From NCBI GenBank assembly GCA_000146465.1, contig CP001949.1: 64,000 nucleotides of DNA; one strand, given 5' to 3'. This document shows positions 57,743 through 64,000 of the stretch, piece after piece. The first letter of the stretch is position 1, and each line of letters begins with the position of its first letter. Below the pieces are notes generated by a model, which did no database searches, was not told the origin of the DNA, and saw only the letters and a program-made list of their open reading frames with translations. A program made the translations under genes and the position numbers.

Positions 57743-58117
57743 TCACAGCTCTCGAATGTTCTTCGACTTGAATGGCGATCGAGGAAATGAGGAAAATAAA
57801 AGATCCATCTCGGTTTCATCCTCTTGGGATGCTCTGTTCATTTCTTGTGCCGGAGGCTTTGTCTTCTCTGTGATCTCTCTCAGCGCTGTGTATCTCTTCC
57901 TCTGCTTTACCTTGGTAGGTGTAAACTCCTTGATGTGTGGATTGTAGTTCTCCTTCTCAGGTAGGTTGTCAAACCCTGCACCATCTGGTCTTTCACATCT
58001 CATGTTAGGGATTCCTCCTATTGTCCAATAAGTCCATTTTGGAGGGAAGATTCCAAGACCTTGCAAAATAACAGCATTCAAAGCCCTAAGAAGAGTACAG
58101 AATTTATTGTTACACAT
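57743..58117 (-). CDS. Hypothetical 124-aa ORF, possibly a fourth exon of the upstream membrane-protein gene
   Basis: Starts 8 nt inside the end of the 58110-58301 ORF in the +1 frame. A 28-nt GTAACA..CTTCTTAG segment would join it in frame (see findings). No motif recognised. Confidence 0.4.
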   Translation of the reverse strand: MCNNKFCTLLRALNAVILQGLGIFPPKWTYWTIGGIPNMRCERPDGAGFDNLPEKENYNPHIKEFTPTKVKQRKRYTALREITEKTKPPAQEMNRASQEDETEMDLLFSSFPRSPFKSKNIREL

Positions 58118-59087
58118 CCGGAATGCCCTTGTCCCTCTTTACCTTCAGTACATTCCGCTCTTTCCCTGCGGGGTAAAACAACTCCTTTAGCCCAGATCCG
58201 AAGTACCTGTAGTCCAAGACCGAGTAATACAGAAAAATCAGGTTTATAACTGCCTCGAAGTTATTCCTTATGATGAAGAGCCTAAAATTAAAAATGCTCA
58301 CTTACCTCCTCAGATGCCAATCCAGAGCGTCACTGTTCCTATGTCTCGAAACCTGGGATGTACAGTACGAAAGATTCAAGGCTGTTGCCATGATTAGAGA
58401 CATCCTTTGGCCCTCATTTTCTTCATTAGGCCTCATGAACATTAAGAAAAAGGTGATAACCTCGAGAATATGGTCAAGCACCATCAAGAAAGCCTCTAAA
58501 GAGTTTACAGTGTAGTATTTGATCCCCTCGATCTGAAGATATATCCCCTGGATGGCTGCTAGGATCATTAGAAACTTCGATGCATCGTACCGGGCCCTTG
58601 CTTTGTATGCAGCTTAAAATTATATGTGTCACTTACCTTTCAGCTTGCTGCTAACACCCCCCTGCTTAAAATAGTACCATTCAAACATGTCTCCATATTC
58701 CTTGCATACGAAGTACATCCTAATAAACTCTCCAACGCATAGTCCTAAATACAAAAGGGAAAAAGCCACAACTCCCAGGTTGTGATTGGTAAACTTGAAA
58801 ACGCTTTCCACAATCACAGATGCCTCCAGAGAAGCTATGAGAATGATAACCCAGTATGCCTTGCACTGCTCAAGGTTTTTTCTCGACATTGCATTTTCAA
58901 GATAGATAAACATGTAGACGTTTGTAACACATATGGACAGACACATCGATCGGATTATGACCATTTGCTTACCGATAATGTTTTTCCGGTAAAATCCAAT
59001 TCCGATGACTAATATCCTCAAAAGCAAGTACATAAACGAAACCTTCCTCCCTTTGTTCAACAGTTCGTCCTTCCCCAACAAGTCCAT
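58110..59087 (-). CDS. Spliced gene for a polytopic membrane protein: three exons (about 59087-58637, 58612-58306, 58281-58110) separated by two 24-nt introns
   Basis: Track ORFs 58629-59087, 58302-58568 and 58110-58301 are all in the same frame. Each separating stop (TGA at 58629-31, TAA at 58302-04) lies inside a minus-strand GGTAAGTGA motif. Introns GTAAGTGACACATATAATTTTAAG (58636-58613) and GTAAGTGAGCATTTTTAATTTTAG (58305-58282) are both 24 nt, so removing them fuses a continuous ORF of about 317 aa with 6-7 TM helices. Confidence 0.65.
58282..58305 (-). other. Spliceosomal intron 2 (24 nt, GTAAGT...TTAATTTTAG) carrying the in-frame TAA
   Basis: Minus strand GGAG|GTAAGTGAGCATTTTTAATTTTAG|GCTCTT. 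Canonical 5' splice site, TTAAT branch-like element, TAG 3' splice site. Confidence 0.7.
58613..58636 (-). other. Spliceosomal intron 1 (24 nt, GTAAGT...TTTTAAG) carrying the in-frame TGA
   Basis: Minus strand AAAG|GTAAGTGACACATATAATTTTAAG|CTGCAT. The 5' splice site matches the consensus. Length and A/T-rich 3' end fit the constrained Encephalitozoon-type intron. Confidence 0.6.
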
Positions 59088-59266
59088 TCAATGGGTCTGT
59101 GCCATTTCAAAAAAAATATCATTTATCACAGGTTTAGATCCACTGATCTACTTAAATTATAAAATTTCAGAAGGCAATCTATCTCTAATTAGTTGGAATT
59201 CCCTGCTAATGCAATTCTGATAAATTAAATCATGCCTGTGTTATTGATCCGATCCGAGATAGCATC

Positions 59267-59692
59267 CTAGAACCCGTTCCTTGTGAAGACAATTTGGCCA
59301 TATGCTTTCTTCTGCACAGGTATAATGTCCCCTCTTGAGCTCATCAAAAGAATGGAATAGAATGTCCTTGCTCTTGTCCTTCTGCTTGTGCCAGCATACT
59401 CGTCGAAGTCTCCATTGCTCAGCAGGATGCTTGCCATGTCTTCGCTGGAAGTGCTGTTTGAAAAGTCCTCTCTACTCGAATGCCTAGACCAATTACGTGC
59501 TTTTTCTACAGAGTCAAAGGAAGACATCCCGGCATACAACATCCCAGTCCCCTGGATTGGAGGTCTTATCTTCTTAACTTCCCTGGTGATAAAGGCTTCT
59601 TCTTCAAACACCCGGGTTTCAGCCCTCTCTTCATGCTTGGATGTTCTTGAAGCTCCTGCTTTATTGATATTCAGTACTGTTGTGCTGTCCAC
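59267..59692 (-). CDS. Hypothetical Ser/Arg-rich ORF, same frame as 59699-60151
   Basis: Track start is a GTG. The first ATG is about 50 codons in. Low complexity. Coding status uncertain. Confidence 0.25.
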   Translation of the reverse strand: MDSTTVLNINKAGASRTSKHEERAETRVFEEEAFITREVKKIRPPIQGTGMLYAGMSSFDSVEKARNWSRHSSREDFSNSTSSEDMASILLSNGDFDEYAGTSRRTRARTFYSILLMSSRGDIIPVQKKAYGQIVFTRNGF

Positions 59693-59698
59693 TACATT

Positions 59699-60151
59699 CT
59701 AAAGACGCTTTCTGGATATATGTTCCGGCCCGTCCACAACTCCAAATGTTTCGCTGTAGCTAAACATTATACTATCCATACAATCGACCCCATCCAGTTC
59801 GGAGCTACAGACACTTGCCACATATCCTGTTTCAATCGAAAGCATGTTCTTCTTTTTTCTTTCCACCGTCCTTCTCCTCTTTTTTCTTCTATCTAGTATC
59901 CCAGCTAGCGATCTAATTTCAAGCAGCTGAATCCTAACTTTGGCTTTATAGATTCTTATCAGCATTTGAAGAAATACCGAGGCTCCTCTTAACGCATACA
60001 CCGGAAAGATGTCCACCACAGCCTTCACAACCCCTGGAATCCAGATCTTTTCCACAGCCTTTCTTCCAATTCGGACTTTCCTCCCCCTCTTCCCAAGTAT
60101 TCGGAGAAAGGTCAATGCTTCTTGATTCCTAAGGAGATTTTGGAAAGCCAT
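59699..60151 (-). CDS. Hypothetical basic protein (150 aa)
   Basis: ORF with a KR-rich centre. Followed by a single in-frame TAG, after which the frame stays open into 59267-59692. Confidence 0.4.
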   Translation of the reverse strand: MAFQNLLRNQEALTFLRILGKRGRKVRIGRKAVEKIWIPGVVKAVVDIFPVYALRGASVFLQMLIRIYKAKVRIQLLEIRSLAGILDRRKKRRRTVERKKKNMLSIETGYVASVCSSELDGVDCMDSIMFSYSETFGVVDGPEHISRKRL

Positions 60152-60212
60152 AAATATTCATCTCATACACCATTTAATTATTTTAAGATATATACTAAAT
60201 AAAAAGCACTGC

Positions 60213-61079
60213 TTAACCCCCCTCCAGGCCTCTTCGACTCCTATGCTTGTTAACAACATCCACCAAGTCTCCCGGCTCAAGGGGCATCAAGAGAGTCTCT
60301 GTCACCCTTATCCCCAAAATACTCATATATTCGCTTTTGAATCCTTCGTCTACAACCAAAACAATAGGAACATCCTCGTCCTCGCTTCTTATTCGGCTCA
60401 CAACCTTGCTGCACTCAGGCGCATCCGCATATAATACAACTACATCATACTTCCATTTCATCACATTCTTCATGTCTGTACTTTCTTCTACTATTGTCAA
60501 AGAGTAATTGGGAATCTTTAGAGCACTGTATATCCACTCAGACCCAGGAACATCCTTCTTGACAAACAGCACATTTGTCTTGGAAGCAATCCTCATCCTC
60601 TCGTGATAAATGTATTTCTTTATCTCGTTGATGTCCTCGACAACAGTCTGAAGATACTTCGAAATACTCCGGATGGCATTCAGCACATGCGACTGGTAGA
60701 CTATGCCGCTTTCAATCTGCTTTGGATTCGAGCCTCCAGACACCCCGCACTCGCTCGGTGCTTTCTTCCTACGGATCTTGTCCAGAAGCTCCGGCCTTCC
60801 TCTTTGGAAATATTTGTTTCGGTATTCCCATTGTGCCCTCTCCCCATCCCTCCGTACCTTGTAAAAATCATATTTGTTGAGCTGTCTAACAAAGGAGCTC
60901 CAGTTCTTGTGTCTAAAATGCCTTTCGAGAACAAACTCAGAGAATCCCTGAATATCAGATATGACAAAGCTTCTTCCGTCGGGACTCCATGATATGTATG
61001 GATAATTCTCAGGCTCCTCCAACATCTGAAAAAGCTTCACTACAAACTCAGACCCCATGGTCAACCTCATGGACTCCAT
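60213..61079 (-). CDS. HSF-type DNA-binding domain transcription factor with C-terminal receiver-like domain (Skn7-like)
   Basis: FVVKLFQMLEEP..YISWSPDGRSFVISD...FVLERHFRHKNWSSFVRQLNKYDFYKV is the HSF winged-helix signature. The C-terminus (..YDVVVLYADAPE..VPIVLVVDEG..) resembles a CheY-like receiver. Confidence 0.65.
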   Translation of the reverse strand: MESMRLTMGSEFVVKLFQMLEEPENYPYISWSPDGRSFVISDIQGFSEFVLERHFRHKNWSSFVRQLNKYDFYKVRRDGERAQWEYRNKYFQRGRPELLDKIRRKKAPSECGVSGGSNPKQIESGIVYQSHVLNAIRSISKYLQTVVEDINEIKKYIYHERMRIASKTNVLFVKKDVPGSEWIYSALKIPNYSLTIVEESTDMKNVMKWKYDVVVLYADAPECSKVVSRIRSEDEDVPIVLVVDEGFKSEYMSILGIRVTETLLMPLEPGDLVDVVNKHRSRRGLEGG

Positions 61080-61201
61080 CCGACCTAAGGCCTTAACTAA
61101 TCAATAATTCCCATATCAATTAAGCCATATTAAAAGATAATCCCCTTCCATATCCGGAAGCATCCAAAAAAGAATAAACATTTATTTCTACCCCAAACAC
61201 A

Positions 61202-61930
61202 TTATCCCCTACTTTTCTTGAAGTACAGCTTTCCGTTTCTTATATCAACATCGTTTCCTTTCTGTGGCCTGAGCCCTATTTTCAGTCTAAATATGGTGTT
61301 TCTCTTACTCAGCTGTTGTCTGTATCTTTTCTGAGCTCTTTGTTTTCTTCCGTCCCCATAGACAGAATTTATGTATCTTTGCTGATAATACAAAAGCAGC
61401 TCGCAAACCAGTGTATCCTCAGTTGCTAGGGGCCTGTTCTCAAGAACTGTTATCTCCTTGAGTAGTCCCATCATCTCGTCTATCTCCATCGAGATTCCAT
61501 CCACCTCTTTGCTATTCATAAACAGCATGTCTTCATACAGGTCAAACCCAAATATATGATATGGAAGAAGACACTCGTAAGCATGGTTGAGATTCATGAA
61601 TCTCCTCAGATCAGGCCTCCCAATCTGGAACAGATCCTTCTGCAGGAACCCAAGAACCTTCTGTCTCCGTGCCTGTGCCTGTTCATACAGATTGCCGTAC
61701 AAGTGTCCATATCCTCCCCCGTCAATCCCCCGTGTCTTTCGGTAAGGCCCACGAACTCCTTTTGTCCTTTCCATACTCTGGCCCTCAAGGGACTTCTTCA
61801 CTGGCGAGGACCCTTTGCTCTCCAATCCAACCAATTCCCCCTTTTCCAGGGCCCCGCCTCCATTCAACCCTCCCATTCCACAATCAGCCCCTTCAGGCTT
61901 ATCCGACGGCCTCTCCATTTTTAGGCCCAA
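61202..61930 (-). CDS. Hypothetical protein with Gly-rich N-terminus
   Basis: 242-aa ORF. No recognised motif. Confidence 0.4.
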   Translation of the reverse strand: MGLKMERPSDKPEGADCGMGGLNGGGALEKGELVGLESKGSSPVKKSLEGQSMERTKGVRGPYRKTRGIDGGGYGHLYGNLYEQAQARRQKVLGFLQKDLFQIGRPDLRRFMNLNHAYECLLPYHIFGFDLYEDMLFMNSKEVDGISMEIDEMMGLLKEITVLENRPLATEDTLVCELLLYYQQRYINSVYGDGRKQRAQKRYRQQLSKRNTIFRLKIGLRPQKGNDVDIRNGKLYFKKSRG

Positions 61931-61984
61931 AAAATTTCAAGAATTTACACCAAATGGCTCATCCTCGGAAACATGTATCTCCAC

Positions 61985-62242
61985 ATGAAGCTAAGATGCG
62001 GCAAGATCTCAACAGGAAACACTGCAATGATGTGCGATAAATGCTCGGGAAAATGCTATGCATGCGGCCTGGACACCAGAGAGTCCGTGGAAAAGGTCTA
62101 CATTTGCACCCCGTGCTTCCATTCCACGTACAAAGACAGATGCATCGTTTGCAAGCTTAAGGACCCGAGAAACAATGCATACTATTGCAGGGAATGCAAG
62201 CTCCAGAAAAACCACGACAGATGCCCTGTCCTCGCCCAATAA
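61985..62242 (+). CDS. PHF5A/Rds3 (SF3b complex) splicing factor
   Basis: Cys spacing CGK..MMCDKCSGKCYAC..ICTPCF....RCIVCK.....AYYCRECKLQ....RCP matches PHF5A (CRK..LCEKCDGKCVIC..ICDECN....RCVICG.....AYYCKECTIQ....GCP). Confidence 0.75.
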   Translation: MKLRCGKISTGNTAMMCDKCSGKCYACGLDTRESVEKVYICTPCFHSTYKDRCIVCKLKDPRNNAYYCRECKLQKNHDRCPVLAQ

Positions 62243-62276
62243 ATCATAGACATGTTTAATAAAGTAGGTGTGTATC

Positions 62277-62786
62277 TCATCCCCCACCACTATTTGTTGG
62301 CCACTTGTTGGGACTGTTGTTTGAAACATTCTTCACATGAGGAAATAGTTGCTCCACGTCAATCTCGTGCCCACTAGAGAAGTATTTCTCAAGAGCCCTG
62401 TGGTCCTGCATCTTCACCTTGAAGTTTATTGCCGGGTCTTTCGCAAAGTCCGGAACAACAAAGTCTGGGTCCAAGATGGCATCATTTTCGTCTACTTGCG
62501 GTATCTTTGTCTTTGGCCTGTAAATATGCTGTGGGACCCTTCCTGTCGATCTGAGGAGTTGATAATCAATGGCTTGTTTGTAGAGATTCCCTCCGTTGAA
62601 CCTCTTGCCTGTCTCTGTCTCTTTTCCTCTCACTCCAAGAGAATCCAAATCTGCTTGGTGCAGAGGCATCATCTCAGGCTTGCTTATCTCCTTCTCTAGT
62701 AAGCTTTCCTGCCCTTTCTTGCCATACTCAGATTCATTTGCCTTCTCCATACATCTTTTCTTCAGCTGTTGCAAGGCTGCATTCAA
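62277..62786 (-). CDS. Hypothetical protein (169 aa)
   Basis: Starts with an ATG that overlaps the stop of 62783-63385 (ATGA). Different frame. Confidence 0.35.
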   Translation of the reverse strand: MNAALQQLKKRCMEKANESEYGKKGQESLLEKEISKPEMMPLHQADLDSLGVRGKETETGKRFNGGNLYKQAIDYQLLRSTGRVPQHIYRPKTKIPQVDENDAILDPDFVVPDFAKDPAINFKVKMQDHRALEKYFSSGHEIDVEQLFPHVKNVSNNSPNKWPTNSGGG

Positions 62787-63385
62787 TTTGGAATTTGCAT
62801 TAAGGTTCCTGATGCCCTTTGCTGCAGTTCAAGTAGTCTCCTTCCAATCCCATTTTCCAATTCTGCATCATTGCATTGTGCTTCCCCCATCTCTCTTTTC
62901 TTCAATAAGCTGGGAAAATCCCCGATTACAGAAGGCTTCTTGAGTCTTGTTCCCTTGTAGATCTCTCTAGAATCCATGTCTATTATCCGAGGACTTTCTC
63001 TCATGGAAATCTCCTTGTAGCCACCCTTGCATCCTTGGCTTACTTTCTTACAAGAAACCGAAGGATGTCCATTCATTCCATTCCTTTCACTCTCCTCAGA
63101 GGTCCTTTTGCCCAGGCCTCCATCCTTGCTCTTTATGACTGGAATGTGCCCTGGAATCAGGCTTTCCTGATCAAATGCACTTCCATCAAAGTCTCCATCA
63201 TACAAAAATTCCTCATTCTCCTTGTCCCTCTCATAACCATCTCTTCCCTTTCCCCCATTCGATATATTCTTCAAATCCTTCATCTCGTATCCACTCTCCA
63301 CATTCATTTTCTCACACATCACACGGTCCTTCACACCTGCAATTGCATTTTTCCATTCCTCAAGAAATTCCTTCAGAAACTCCAT
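62783..63385 (-). CDS. Hypothetical acidic/Gly-rich protein (200 aa)
   Basis: ORF only. No motif recognised. Confidence 0.35.
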   Translation of the reverse strand: MEFLKEFLEEWKNAIAGVKDRVMCEKMNVESGYEMKDLKNISNGGKGRDGYERDKENEEFLYDGDFDGSAFDQESLIPGHIPVIKSKDGGLGKRTSEESERNGMNGHPSVSCKKVSQGCKGGYKEISMRESPRIIDMDSREIYKGTRLKKPSVIGDFPSLLKKREMGEAQCNDAELENGIGRRLLELQQRASGTLMQIPN

Positions 63386-63419
63386 AAGGGATTAAAAACC
63401 CTTGGTTACATACACACAC

Positions 63420-63941
63420 TCATACAGTCTTGTCCAAAAAATCAAAATTCATCATCCTCCATCCTGCTTCAAGCTTGCTTCCAACATCCACTCTGTTCCT
63501 GACTCTAGGCCAGTAACTTCCTCCTCGAGGATCAAAAAACTCAACCATCCTCACGAGCTCTCCATCAACCCCTCCGCCCACGCAATAGTACAAGATGTAA
63601 TTGTCTCCGTTGTCCTGGTCTTTCATTATCTTTTCTCTATAATACTCCTTCATCCTCCCTACACAGTCTAGGCACATCCCGCCAATGTTACACTCCTTGA
63701 TCCTTGCTCTCCTGTATGCATAGAACCCAGAATACTTGCTTTCCTCAGATATTTCCTTGTTCTCATAATACTTTATCTCCGACTCAATCAGTTCCGATCT
63801 CACATGCCTCCGGGAGTTGTAGAGAACAGACAGCGATATCTTTCCCAGCTTCCTGAATATTACAAATCTCTCAAACCACATCCATTCCTCAGACATAAAT
63901 CTCTTTGCAAGCTTGTCACTCATCTCCAAGGCCTTTTTCAT
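63420..63941 (-). CDS. Hypothetical protein (173 aa)
   Basis: ORF near the window end. Cys-containing (..GGMCLDCVG..). Unassigned. Confidence 0.35.
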   Translation of the reverse strand: MKKALEMSDKLAKRFMSEEWMWFERFVIFRKLGKISLSVLYNSRRHVRSELIESEIKYYENKEISEESKYSGFYAYRRARIKECNIGGMCLDCVGRMKEYYREKIMKDQDNGDNYILYYCVGGGVDGELVRMVEFFDPRGGSYWPRVRNRVDVGSKLEAGWRMMNFDFLDKTV

Positions 63942-64000
63942 GTCCTTTCTCTTCAGATACCTCAGATACCCAATTCCAACCTTGAAGTTCTCGGGATATC

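Noticed and set aside
58297-58640. Plus-strand CACTTACCT repeats resembling the 5' end of U1 snRNA (AUACUUACCUG)
   Set aside because: Only 8 nt match and there is no U1 secondary structure or Sm site downstream. They are explained as the antisense of the two GGTAAGTG 5' splice sites of the minus-strand membrane-protein gene.
58110-59087. Attempted family assignment of the spliced membrane protein (ICMT/PEMT, steroid-5-alpha-reductase/TECR, PAP2 phosphatase, SPP/presenilin, rhomboid, DHHC)
   Set aside because: Each had only partial motif resemblance: no RHPxY, no KxxxxxxRP-PSGH-SRxxxxxHxxxD triad, YD not in a TM, no DHHC. No assignment is made.

Overview
This window is eukaryotic nuclear DNA with the hallmarks of a compact microsporidian genome (Encephalitozoon-like). 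Genes sit about 1 kb apart with tiny intergenic spacers and a few head-to-tail overlaps, and GC is roughly 40-43%. I find about 65 protein genes, four tRNA genes and a U6 snRNA gene. Two of the tRNAs were not obvious: tRNA-Tyr carries a 12-nt intron. The U6 gene is antisense and missing from the ORF track. Recognisable products include gamma-tubulin, cyclophilin, CysRS, ArgRS, kinesin, CAF1, an E2, eIF4E, the PKA regulatory subunit, Rab5, Cfd1/Nbp35, XPF, OGG1, NTH1, DNA primase small subunit, RPB4, an RPB7-like subunit, ribosomal proteins L4, S4e and L18a, histone H2B, SRP19, Rer1, SmB, YJU2 and PHF5A/Rds3. The most notable finding is a polytopic membrane-protein gene at 58110-59087 on the minus strand, which the ORF track splits into three same-frame ORFs. 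Each single in-frame stop lies inside a GGTAAGTGA motif that starts a 24-nt GT..AG intron, so the ORFs join into one roughly 317-aa protein. A fourth exon (the 57743-58117 ORF) may follow. A second notable finding is a pair of divergent paralogues encoding tail-anchored proteins with a shared N-terminal domain I cannot place in any known family (35716-36822 and 43402-44232). There are no prokaryotic defence systems, CRISPR arrays or mobile elements. My reading of individual bases is unreliable: I found at least two one-base mismatches between the displayed sequence and the ORF track in the 57.7-58.3 kb region. Treat coordinates that do not come from the ORF track as accurate to about 1 nt.
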